Below, piece after piece: positions 1 to 7,885 of a stretch of 29,684 bases of DNA; the stretch's first letter is position 1, and each line of letters begins with the position of its first letter. The DNA is from a virus. Lineage: Duplodnaviria; Caudoviricetes. The stretch spans positions 1 through 29,684 of the IMG/VR virus record IMGVR_UViG_3300014202_001567, one strand, 5' to 3'. The notes beneath the pieces were generated by a model, which worked only from the letters and a program-made list of their open reading frames with translations, did no database searches and had not been told where the DNA came from. The position numbers and the translations under genes are program-made.

Positions 1-957
1 ATGGATTTAGCTCAAAAATTTGAAATCCACTATCATCTTTTAGACAAAAGCCATTCCATGAATGCTTTCGTCAAAAATAAGTGTGAAGCGGAGTTTCTAG
101 CCGTCGCAAACGAAGTAGCGGAGATTTTAGGTGTCCATCTCGTTTGGGAATCGCAAGCCCTAGAAGAAGGTGGAATACGTGAAATTTGGGTAGCGATTGG
201 GTCAAATAATTCACAGATAGCTCTAATAATTTCTGTATTAGCACTCATTTGGTCTACGGTGCCGCAAACCGATCAGGAATTAGTTGATCTTCAAAAGGAA
301 GAGACTCGGCTGTCCATTGAAGAGAAGAAGCTTGAGATAGAAAAGCTGAAAAAAGAACTAGAAAAAGAAGCTCCATCTCAAGAGGCACTAAAAAGCGCAT
401 CAAAAATTGCTAATGATAGCTACAAGGTAGTTACGAGACGCTCTAATTTCTATAAGTCTATATCTGGGTGCGAAAAGGTATATCAGGTGGGGTTTTCAAG
501 TCTCGATATTGAGAGCCGCCATTTGGGATATGAGCTTGTCGTCGAAAGTAGTGATTTTAGAAAATTTATTGTTACTTCAAATGAGCTACAACCATTAGAA
601 ATTAAATCGGCAAGAATAGAAATAGTTTCTCCCGTTCTTAAAGAGGGAAAAGCAAAATGGAAGGGAATCTACGAGGGCGAGCATATCAGTTTTTCGATGG
701 ATGACCGAGAATTCAAAAGTTCGGTTTTATCGCGTCAAATTTCTTTTAAAAATGGTTCTGAAATAGTTTGTGTTCTTCTCATTCATAAGAAAATCGATGA
801 ACTAGGTGAGGTGGTTACGTCAGGTTATTCTGTAGATGTGGTTCTAGAGAATATTGAATCAGGTTTATCCAAAGAAACGCCACAGGGTAAAAGATATCTT
901 CACACACAAAAGTTACTTGAAGCGCAAATCGACTTGTTTGGAGATAACAATGCCTAA
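1..957 (+). CDS. Integron cassette protein of unknown function (one hydrophobic helix, coiled coil, C-terminal beta-rich domain)
   Basis: 318-aa ORF with hydrophobic QIALIISVLALIW and an E/K-rich coiled coil. The TAA stop (955-957) lies inside the attC R'' box GCCTAAC, as is typical of cassette ORFs. Confidence 0.8.
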   Translation: MDLAQKFEIHYHLLDKSHSMNAFVKNKCEAEFLAVANEVAEILGVHLVWESQALEEGGIREIWVAIGSNNSQIALIISVLALIWSTVPQTDQELVDLQKEETRLSIEEKKLEIEKLKKELEKEAPSQEALKSASKIANDSYKVVTRRSNFYKSISGCEKVYQVGFSSLDIESRHLGYELVVESSDFRKFIVTSNELQPLEIKSARIEIVSPVLKEGKAKWKGIYEGEHISFSMDDREFKSSVLSRQISFKNGSEIVCVLLIHKKIDELGEVVTSGYSVDVVLENIESGLSKETPQGKRYLHTQKLLEAQIDLFGDNNA

Positions 958-1023
958 CAAACGCAGGCGCTAGGACAGAATTTCTGCTGCGCTTCAATTT
1001 TCCCCGTGCTGCGGGCGTTAGAA
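952..1023 (+). mobile_element. attC: attC recombination site 1 (72 bp)
   Basis: R'' GCCTAAC (952-958) and R' GTTAGAA (1017-1023). Inner arms CGCAGGCGC / GTGCTGCG pair with one unpaired extra G, and there is a further inner imperfect palindrome. Confidence 0.85.
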
Positions 1024-1045
1024 TAATTAGAGAGTAGAGATATAA

Positions 1046-1762
1046 ATGAAACCAAAATCTGACAATCTGTTTCACTTTACTAGTAGTCTGGATGTACTGA
1101 AATTAATCCTTAAAAACGGAGTTCATCCGAGGTATTGCCTCGAAGATTTAGGGTGGTTTGGAGCTGAGGACTTTAAACACGTAGCGTACCCTATGAGTTG
1201 CTTCTGTGACATTCCTCTTTCACGAATCTCTGAACATACTGACTTTTATGGAATGTATGGCATTGGGTTTACTAAGGAGTGGGGATTAAAGAATGGGCTA
1301 AACCCTGTGATTTATTTAACAGAAGGTGGCTCTGTTTGTGAAATGGTCAAATTTTTCTTCGAGTTGCCCACGCCCGCAGAGCTAGATATATCAGAGGTTA
1401 ACGAGCAGTTGTTTACCCTCTTGTCTCACGTTAAACCTATTAACGGAACAATGTATATGGGTGGCAAACCAGTCGGAAAAGATTTCTATCAAGAAAATGA
1501 ATGGCGATATGTCCCAAAGGTTAATAATTTGATTTTTCATGATAAATTTGAAGAAGAACGAGATGAATCAAATAAAGAAATAGAAAAGCACCGATTGCAA
1601 TTTACGCCTCAAGACATTAAGTATATCTTCGTGAAATCTGACAGTGATATTCCTAGTCTGGTTGATTATATAAATGTCACATTAGGCGCGTTTCCTCACA
1701 ATGACTTAAAAATATTACAGTCTAGGATCATCTCATTGGAAACACTGCGCTCAGATATCTAA
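1046..1762 (+). CDS. AbiGi-family (abortive infection) protein carried as a gene cassette
   Basis: 238 aa with motifs LFHFT, PRYCLED, PMSCFCDIPL, FYGMYGIGFTKEWG, NGLNPVIY and FYQENEWRYVP, which I recognise as AbiGi-like. Only 22 nt separate attC1 from the ATG, leaving no room for a promoter. Confidence 0.8.
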   Translation: MKPKSDNLFHFTSSLDVLKLILKNGVHPRYCLEDLGWFGAEDFKHVAYPMSCFCDIPLSRISEHTDFYGMYGIGFTKEWGLKNGLNPVIYLTEGGSVCEMVKFFFELPTPAELDISEVNEQLFTLLSHVKPINGTMYMGGKPVGKDFYQENEWRYVPKVNNLIFHDKFEEERDESNKEIEKHRLQFTPQDIKYIFVKSDSDIPSLVDYINVTLGAFPHNDLKILQSRIISLETLRSDI

Positions 1763-1763
1763 T

Positions 1764-1888
1764 TTCTAACAAACTGTTTAAGAGTGATCGCAACGCGTGG
1801 AATTTTTTCTATGCGTTGCGTTTTGTGTTTATGGTGGTTTGCGGGAACTTCGGTATTGAGTTGCTCACACCTTAACAGGGCGTTACAC
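1764..1888 (+). mobile_element. attC: attC recombination site 2 (125 bp, Vibrio superintegron repeat-like)
   Basis: R'' TTCTAAC (1764-1770) is the exact complement of GTTAGAA at the start of this cassette. Arms CTGTTTAAGAGTGA / TCACACCTTAACAG pair with an extra T. Internal CGCAACGC/GCGTTGCG hairpin. Ends GGGCG|TTACAC. Confidence 0.92.
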
Positions 1889-2203
1889 CGCTTCCTTGTC
1901 CTTCGGTGCAAAAAATAGCGCGACGGGGCCATCTTCGGTATCGTGAATACTCAGCAAGAATGAACCGGCCTTGTCGCAAACGGGGTGCCAATCGCTGATA
2001 TCGGTGTCGCCCTCGTCAAAGTAGCGCTCGATTAAGTTTTCAGGCGCATCGAGTTCAAACCAAATCGCCACAAACTCGCCGCCTTGGCGTGCCGCCCATG
2101 CTTCACACTCTGCGCGGGTCACACCTTCATCCCACTCGGGCATATCTGGATGGGTCCAATAACCTTCTTCACGTTCTACAGTTGCTGCTTGTATCGGGTT
2201 CAT
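1883..2203 (-). CDS. Conserved-type phage hypothetical protein (106 aa)
   Basis: Start moved to MNPIQ at 2203 (ATGA overlap with the upstream gene, SD AAGGAG). Acidic protein with GYWTHPD and SIHDTEDGPV motifs. Confidence 0.75.
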   Translation of the reverse strand: MNPIQAATVEREEGYWTHPDMPEWDEGVTRAECEAWAARQGGEFVAIWFELDAPENLIERYFDEGDTDISDWHPVCDKAGSFLLSIHDTEDGPVALFFAPKDKEAV

Positions 2204-2430
2204 GCTGCTTCTCCTTTTATCCTGAGTTTTGATTCTGCGTTGAGTGCAAATACTTCGGCGTCGGCTTGGCCGAAGTCGCTGCACTCGATGGCGTTAAAAG
2301 ACTTACAAATGCCCCAACCGTGATAGTTGTTGGGGGTGTACTTCACTTCGATTTGTTGCTGATCGCACATCAAGGTGAAGTAGGGCTTAGATAACGTGAC
2401 CACGCCCGCTTTGGTACTGAACGTATTCAT
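2200..2430 (-). CDS. Phage hypothetical protein
   Basis: 76-aa ORF translationally coupled (ATGA) on both sides. Confidence 0.7.
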   Translation of the reverse strand: MNTFSTKAGVVTLSKPYFTLMCDQQQIEVKYTPNNYHGWGICKSFNAIECSDFGQADAEVFALNAESKLRIKGEAA

Positions 2431-2705
2431 GCCGCCTCCTTGTTTTGGTTGTCGCTTGTTTGGCTGACTGGCGGATGGCAGGGCAGGCGCATAGGGTGAT
2501 ATCGGTACGAATACACTATGGTGCGGCTAATGCCCTTGGCTAGGTTGGTTAAGCCGTTGCCCAATGCTTGCCAGTACAGGCAATCTAACGCGCCCAGTGC
2601 CAGCGCGATTTTGATGCTGTCGCCCGTTTTGGCCTTGAGTAACAGGCTTAACTTATGGCTGCGGTAATGATTTAGCAGATGGCGAAACGCCGCTGATTGA
2701 GTCAT
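2427..2705 (-). CDS. Phage hypothetical protein
   Basis: 92-aa ORF abutting its neighbours in the leftward operon. Confidence 0.65.
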   Translation of the reverse strand: MTQSAAFRHLLNHYRSHKLSLLLKAKTGDSIKIALALGALDCLYWQALGNGLTNLAKGISRTIVYSYRYHPMRLPCHPPVSQTSDNQNKEAA

Positions 2706-2999
2706 TTAGGCCACCTGCTTCGGTTGCAAAGGGCTTGATTGCAAATGAGTTAATTGCAGTTTGGCCCAGTCGATGGCTTTAATGGCCTCGACCGTGGCGG
2801 CGATTTGCTCTAGCTTCTTTTGCCCGCGCATAAAGTTCGACAGTTCAATACCGTGGCGAGCGGCCGCGCGTTCGGCGGGTAGGGCGCTGGTGTAATGCAG
2901 CGTTAACGCCGCAATCACCTCGGGCGAACTAATGCGGGTAAGCGACAGTAATAACGCAACACGCTCTTGTGATTCAAAGCCCGGGAGTAAGTGGTTCAT
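2706..2999 (-). CDS. PapB/FocB-like transcriptional regulator
   Basis: Start MNHLLPG at 2999 (ATGA overlap). LLPG..S.E...LLLSLTRISS..VI.AL followed by an HTH-like segment resembles the PapB family. Confidence 0.6.
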   Translation of the reverse strand: MNHLLPGFESQERVALLLSLTRISSPEVIAALTLHYTSALPAERAAARHGIELSNFMRGQKKLEQIAATVEAIKAIDWAKLQLTHLQSSPLQPKQVA

Positions 3000-3697
3000 G
3001 CTGCACCGCCTGTGGTACTGATCACCTTGAACTTGACCACCCACACCCACGGGTTGGCATCCCAATTTTCATAGATTGAGTTCCATAGGGATTTAAAAGC
3101 ATGCTGTGGGTTTTTATACCAACGCCAATGAGGCGAGTGAGGTTTATGGTTCGAATGCTTTTCAACGCCACCCCAATTTTGGTAAAGGGCGTGATATTGC
3201 AAACCTTCTGCTTTTGCATCTTGCTCGCTGATATCATTTAGCCTTTCTACCCGAACGGCAGTGACTTCAAGCAGAATACGAGCGCAAGAACGAGGCATAT
3301 GGATAGATGGTTTCCATTTGCTTTCGCCACTATCACCCGTTGCTTTGAATAGAACCGTTCCGTTAGCCGGACATGAGCAAGGCGATTCACTGCAACCACA
3401 TTCATTAGATGAATTGAATTTTCGCCAAGTCTCACGCACCCAGAACTGATCGCCAATCGTGCCGAATGGTGAAACAAACGCGCAATCTTCATCGCTAACG
3501 CCAAAAACCTCATCATTGGCTGGTTGATAGAATCCGTGCTTATCAATGACTGTCGGTGTATACCATTCGGCATTTTTAGAAAATGGCGCCCATTCATCAT
3601 GCGGCTGAACTTTAAACACTCTCCGCGTCTGTGTTTTACGTCCATCAACAATGGCTTGCACCATTTCGGTGTTGAAAATAATAGGGCGCTGTTTCAT
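2996..3697 (-). CDS. ASCH/PUA-like phage protein
   Basis: PIIFNTEMVQAIVDGRKTQTRR, WVRETW, WKPSIHMPR and NPWVWVVKF motifs of a widespread phage family. Confidence 0.8.
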   Translation of the reverse strand: MKQRPIIFNTEMVQAIVDGRKTQTRRVFKVQPHDEWAPFSKNAEWYTPTVIDKHGFYQPANDEVFGVSDEDCAFVSPFGTIGDQFWVRETWRKFNSSNECGCSESPCSCPANGTVLFKATGDSGESKWKPSIHMPRSCARILLEVTAVRVERLNDISEQDAKAEGLQYHALYQNWGGVEKHSNHKPHSPHWRWYKNPQHAFKSLWNSIYENWDANPWVWVVKFKVISTTGGAA

Positions 3698-4083
3698 GCC
3701 TCCACCTCATCACATGGGTATTGCTTCCTTACATTACTCATCGCGTCTTCCATGGTGGGGTGACGCTCATTCATTCGGCCCTCACGTTGATGGCATTTAT
3801 GTGCAAAGAGCTTCAACATGCGTGGGCTCGATGGCTCGATTTGAAAGCGGATCATGCGGTCATGTGCAAGAACAACGGCAGTCGTGAGGGCGCTATAGTC
3901 GAAGGTAGACATGTAATGCGCGCTAGTACTGTTGATTGATAACCCGCGCTCACCACAGGCTTGGATTTTGCCAAACATGTGATTGCCGCCGTTGTGAATG
4001 TCACAAAGGAAATCAAAGCACTCACGTTGAACAGCATTGAGCCAAGGGTAATGTTTGGCGTAAAAATCATGTTCGTTGCTCAT
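3694..4083 (-). CDS. Phage hypothetical protein (129 aa)
   Basis: Start MSNEHD at 4083 (ATGA overlap). STFDYSALT..VVLAHDRMIR motif. Confidence 0.7.
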   Translation of the reverse strand: MSNEHDFYAKHYPWLNAVQRECFDFLCDIHNGGNHMFGKIQACGERGLSINSTSAHYMSTFDYSALTTAVVLAHDRMIRFQIEPSSPRMLKLFAHKCHQREGRMNERHPTMEDAMSNVRKQYPCDEVEA

Positions 4084-4637
4084 GCTTGCTCTCCTTGCTT
4101 GATGATTGGCAGTTGAGCAGCTGCGGCACGAACAGCGGCAGCGGCTTCTTTGCCATAGCCCCAAATGTCGCCGTTCTCAGGGTTACAACGAGTAGGCGCT
4201 ATCCAATCTAGTGGTATCAGAGTGCCGTTGGTAATGTAGTCACGCATGGCGCACACTAAGTCGCGTAATGTTCCGCCATGGTGAAACCCGCTCCACTTAC
4301 CACTGTAATGGGTGTAAACCCGTGCTTTGGTATATTCATCAACTAGCCAGACCCTGCCTCTTTTATCCAGCTCAAGCGTTGCTATAACCCCTTTGTGCTC
4401 GAAGAATTTTCGGCCATGTTCGGATATTACTTTTATTAATTCATTCGCATTTTTAACGCGCTTATTGGTTTTTGGCTCTGGTAATTGGTAATAAGAGTCG
4501 CAGCCACATTTAGGGCAAACACGGTTATAAACAGTTAGCGCTTTTGCGGAATATTTAGGGTCTAAAACCTCACTTAACTCTGACTCTCTACCCGTCCAGC
4601 GGCAGGTGCGGCGACTGCATTCGATACGTTGTGACAT
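4080..4637 (-). CDS. Phage hypothetical protein with N-terminal Cys (zinc-binding-like) motif
   Basis: 185 aa with CSRRTC...CPKC; SD AAGGA upstream. Confidence 0.7.
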   Translation of the reverse strand: MSQRIECSRRTCRWTGRESELSEVLDPKYSAKALTVYNRVCPKCGCDSYYQLPEPKTNKRVKNANELIKVISEHGRKFFEHKGVIATLELDKRGRVWLVDEYTKARVYTHYSGKWSGFHHGGTLRDLVCAMRDYITNGTLIPLDWIAPTRCNPENGDIWGYGKEAAAAVRAAAAQLPIIKQGEQA

Positions 4638-4667
4638 GCTCTATTCCTTCTTTCGTGAATAACGTGC

Positions 4668-5411
4668 TTACGCGGCGCTTGGTTGTTCTGCGGCGGTGGT
4701 TGGTGTGTTGTTTGATGGTTTCGATTTTGCGGGTTGCTGACGGCCACAGTGATGAACAAACTCAGGTGGTTTGATGCGGTCTGATTCATCGAGTCGCATT
4801 GGCATCATCATGACGACGATTTCACGTTGAGCACCCATTACTGCGACAGCTGCAGAGTCAGAACCGAAAAAACAAAGATTGGCACCGGCTAACTGGTTGT
4901 GTTTTAGCTTTATTAGGCGGCTAAAAAGCTCAGGATTTATGGCGATTTGACTAACAGATTTAGGTTTATTAAGGCGATCGAATAAGCGACCAGCATTAGG
5001 ATATTGGGCGTCTATTGGGTTGATAAACTCTAGATATGTAACCAAATCCCTGACGGCGTGCTCATTGATATCGTCAAAGTCATTTAGCCAATCTTGAATA
5101 TCATCAATACCCGTTACCATGGCGATGCCGTCGATGATTACCACGTTTTGAGTCGCTAGCATGTATGACGGCACTTGCTTTTTATTCGCAGCTGATAACA
5201 GGGTTTTGCTGATTGGGAAGATGTATTCGCCGTCGCTAACGCCCTCAGCATCGTGAATGGTGACGAGTGTATGGCCGTCGGTGGCGGTGAGGATTACGCC
5301 CTTTTCAGGGTGAGGCTTTACGTGAAAGCCGTTGAGGTAATAGCGCACATCTTGCTTGGCTGCAAATGCGGCTAACATGGCTAAATATTTGTTGTTGAAT
5401 ATGATTTTCAT
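4668..5411 (-). CDS. Truncated DNA polymerase III beta-clamp-like protein
   Basis: DVRYYLNG...TATDGH matches the DnaN central-domain signature; also YPN and a C-terminal MMMPMRL like the DnaN VVMPMRL. About 247 aa from ATG 5411. Confidence 0.65.
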   Translation of the reverse strand: MKIIFNNKYLAMLAAFAAKQDVRYYLNGFHVKPHPEKGVILTATDGHTLVTIHDAEGVSDGEYIFPISKTLLSAANKKQVPSYMLATQNVVIIDGIAMVTGIDDIQDWLNDFDDINEHAVRDLVTYLEFINPIDAQYPNAGRLFDRLNKPKSVSQIAINPELFSRLIKLKHNQLAGANLCFFGSDSAAVAVMGAQREIVVMMMPMRLDESDRIKPPEFVHHCGRQQPAKSKPSNNTPTTAAEQPSAA

Positions 5412-5450
5412 GGCTGCTCTCTGCTCTGTTTTCACTGCACTTAGGTTGCG

Positions 5451-5798
5451 TTACGCTGCGGCTTCGCCGTTAAACACCACCAGATTGATGATGGGTTTCT
5501 TGGTTTTGGGGTTCACCTTGTCCGACAGCTTGTGATAGCGAATATGCACGTCGCGGTGGGCTTCTTGGGTCATGGCTAACACGATGTATTGCTGGCACAG
5601 CGCGGGCGTCGATAACGAATGCGACAGGCGTTGTGGTTTCATGGTTTCAAACAAGTGCTGCGCCATATCATCCAACTTAGCTTGGTACTCGTCGGGGCTT
5701 AGTTGACGGCGGTTAGGGTGCGCGCCTACTGAGGTGCTGCACTTTTTGGCCGCTTGATTTTTCGCTAAGGTCATGGACACGCCGTAAACAAAAAACAT
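5451..5798 (-). CDS. Phage hypothetical protein
   Basis: 115-aa ORF with a strong SD (GGGGAGGT) upstream. Confidence 0.65.
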   Translation of the reverse strand: MFFVYGVSMTLAKNQAAKKCSTSVGAHPNRRQLSPDEYQAKLDDMAQHLFETMKPQRLSHSLSTPALCQQYIVLAMTQEAHRDVHIRYHKLSDKVNPKTKKPIINLVVFNGEAAA

Positions 5799-5823
5799 AG
5801 ATACCTCCCCACTGAGCCGCTGA

Positions 5824-6084
5824 TTACGCTAAGTTGATTTGATCTTGCTTGGCGGCGTCGCGTTGCTTGTCGAGGTATTCGGCAAGGTCGGTGACATTGA
5901 CCATCCAAGGCGCTTTGTTGCTGTTACTGGTGCGAAAGGCGGCTAAGGGCAAGCGGCCGGCTTTGGCATAGTTGGCCGCGGTACGCGGTTCGAGGCCAAA
6001 ATACTCTTTGCTGATTTGATCCAGTGGCACTATCACTTTGTTGAACTGGGCCATAAGCAAAAACGCGGTATTGATGCCTTTCAT
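5824..6084 (-). CDS. Pyocin activator PrtN-family DNA-binding protein (possibly excisionase-like)
   Basis: NTAFLLMAQF...IVPL...EYFGL...AGRLPL...KAPWMVNVTDLAEYLD. Confidence 0.85.
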   Translation of the reverse strand: MKGINTAFLLMAQFNKVIVPLDQISKEYFGLEPRTAANYAKAGRLPLAAFRTSNSNKAPWMVNVTDLAEYLDKQRDAAKQDQINLA

Positions 6085-6434
6085 GTTGGTTGCTCCGCTT
6101 GGGTCAGTTGCAGCGGATGCACGTTAGTGGCCGCCTGTTCGTTACGCCACACCATCACCTTGCCGTACAAACCTTGTTGGGGCTCGGTAAAGCGCAGGCA
6201 GAAGTTCAGCCCGAGTTCGCCCGTGTGGCGTATAAACTGGCGATAAAAGGCTGCGCTAGGGTGGTGATAGGCAAAATGCTTGACCAGTTCGGCGCATCGG
6301 GCTTTTACCCGAGGGCAATCCATCGGGTCGGTGTGGCCCTTAGCCAGCGCCATCAAGCAGGCAAAACGTATCGCAACCAGTAGACGAAACTCATCGCGTT
6401 GCTTAGGTGTGGTGTGAACTTTCGCTAGAATCAT
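6081..6434 (-). CDS. First gene of the PL operon, hypothetical protein
   Basis: Start MILAKV at 6434 with SD GAGG/AGGGA, just downstream of the PL promoter. Confidence 0.65.
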   Translation of the reverse strand: MILAKVHTTPKQRDEFRLLVAIRFACLMALAKGHTDPMDCPRVKARCAELVKHFAYHHPSAAFYRQFIRHTGELGLNFCLRFTEPQQGLYGKVMVWRNEQAATNVHPLQLTQAEQPT

Positions 6435-6456
6435 TTCCCTGTCCTCGGTAGTTTGT

Positions 6457-6525
6457 TTAAGTTTTCTTAAAAGCAATTTAGGAAAACCTAAGTAAAAGGT
6501 CAAGTTAAAACTTAGGAAAACTTAA
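6457..6525 (-). promoter_or_regulatory. OL operators (3 sites) and PL promoter
   Basis: 14-bp imperfect palindromes TTAAGTTTTCTTAA (6457-6470), TTAGGAAAACCTAA (6478-6491) and TTAGGAAAACTTAA (6512-6525). Minus-strand TTGACC (6503-6498), 17 bp, TAAATT (6480-6475). Confidence 0.85.
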
Positions 6526-6621
6526 AATATTTTTGGTTATTTTTGATTTGGTGATTTTTAAAGCATGGGGTGATATAAATAAGTTGTTAATAAATGGAGA
6601 TTTGTTATTAAGGATTTTGCT

Positions 6622-7452
6622 ATGCCAATCACTTGCCCCTCATGTCAATTTATTCGTGAAGATGATCAACATTTGGATGTTCCAGAATGGAAATGTCCTA
6701 ATTGCGACATTGTTTATGAGAAATTTATCAAAAATTCTAGTGATGGCTCTATTCCTATCAGTCCTTCAACGCTAAAGCCAGTCGATCCAACTCTTAATCC
6801 TGAAAGTCCAGCCGAGCCTAATGCTAAACATTTCGATGCAAAGGCATCGGCCAAGCAAATCACTTATAAGCCAGAACCTACTCAGTCTAAGGCGCGTCAA
6901 TTTATTGAGCGTTATGATCTTGGGAATTTTGTGACAGCAAAAGGTGGTTTGATTATGTTACTAGTGTTTCTCGTGGGGTTCTTTGCTGGAAGGGAGTATT
7001 TTAAATATGAGTTAAGGCAAGCGGTTGGTTCGGCATTTGCGGGGATCGGTGAGCGTTTTAAACCTAATAAAAGTGAGTCTACAATATCTAAATTATTTGC
7101 TAAATCAAATGCTTTACCAGTTTCACTAGTGCGAATCGATTATGAAGAAGTGAAATCTATTATTGGAGGACTATTAAAGTTTACCATCAATTTTAAAAAT
7201 ACTTTTGATAAAAAAATCATTGGTTTCAATGGAGATCTTACATTTAGCGATATTTTGGATAATAAAATAGAGAGTTTTAGAGTTACCTTTACAGAAGGTG
7301 TCAATGTAGGTGAGATTATTGAGTTTACAGATGAAAAGTGGGTTGATAGTAGCCTAAAAAGTTTTAAAGGCGGCAGGATAGACCAATTAAAAGTAAAACT
7401 GACGCTTACAAAGGTTATGTTTGCAGATGGAACTGTAGAAGATTTTGATTAA
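6622..7452 (+). CDS. Accessory membrane protein with N-terminal zinc ribbon
   Basis: CPSC...CPNC, Pro-rich linker, one TM helix (GGLIMLLVFLVGFFAG) and a C-terminal soluble domain. AT-rich. Confidence 0.75.
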   Translation: MPITCPSCQFIREDDQHLDVPEWKCPNCDIVYEKFIKNSSDGSIPISPSTLKPVDPTLNPESPAEPNAKHFDAKASAKQITYKPEPTQSKARQFIERYDLGNFVTAKGGLIMLLVFLVGFFAGREYFKYELRQAVGSAFAGIGERFKPNKSESTISKLFAKSNALPVSLVRIDYEEVKSIIGGLLKFTINFKNTFDKKIIGFNGDLTFSDILDNKIESFRVTFTEGVNVGEIIEFTDEKWVDSSLKSFKGGRIDQLKVKLTLTKVMFADGTVEDFD

Positions 7453-7463
7453 TTTGACAAAGA

Positions 7464-7485
7464 AAAACCCGCAGTAGCGGGTTTT
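7464..7485. terminator. Bidirectional intrinsic terminator
   Basis: AAAACCCGC-AGTA-GCGGGTTTT between convergent genes. Confidence 0.85.
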
Positions 7486-7885
7486 AATTGTTGTCTCTAA
7501 AATCTTCGGCCTTTAGTTTATAGCTTCGCATTAGAGAATGGTTTTTACAAACGTTATGGGCATCATCTTGAATAACATCCATCACTAAGTATTGGTCAGG
7601 ATCTAAATCGCCAGATGTATAAACGAGGTATGAATCACTCGTTTTGCCTGCGAACCATGTTTTTTTGCAAGAAATTCCATCCACGTATACGTGAAGGTGA
7701 TGAACTTCTGCACCAAACATCGAGTCGGGTCTTAAAAATGGTGCATCTTTACCTAGATAAGCTGGTTTTTTTCGCTTATTAGAGTCAAAGTAGGCTTCTA
7801 AATCTTTTTGTAGCTGAGAAAGCTCAAAACCCATGCGTTTGAGCTCAACCTCAAGTCCTTCCATGAAAGTTACTGTGCTAACCAC
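7484..7885 (-). CDS. yafO: YafO-family toxin (mRNA interferase)
   Basis: LGKDAPFLRP...VHHLHV...W...KTSDSYLVY...DDAH motifs of the YafO family. Confidence 0.75.
   Translation of the reverse strand: MVSTVTFMEGLEVELKRMGFELSQLQKDLEAYFDSNKRKKPAYLGKDAPFLRPDSMFGAEVHHLHVYVDGISCKKTWFAGKTSDSYLVYTSGDLDPDQYLVMDVIQDDAHNVCKNHSLMRSYKLKAEDFRDNN

Noticed and set aside
1-1762. ORF1 plus AbiGi as a two-gene AbiG or toxin-antitoxin operon
   Set aside because: An attC separates them, so they are independent cassettes, and ORF1 shows no AbiGii nucleotidyltransferase motif that I can see.
1883-6434. Recurrent C-terminal GEAA/KEAA/GGAA peptides in early proteins
   Set aside because: Mostly a by-product of an SD plus GCAGCATGA translational coupling. 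A degron role cannot be supported from sequence alone.
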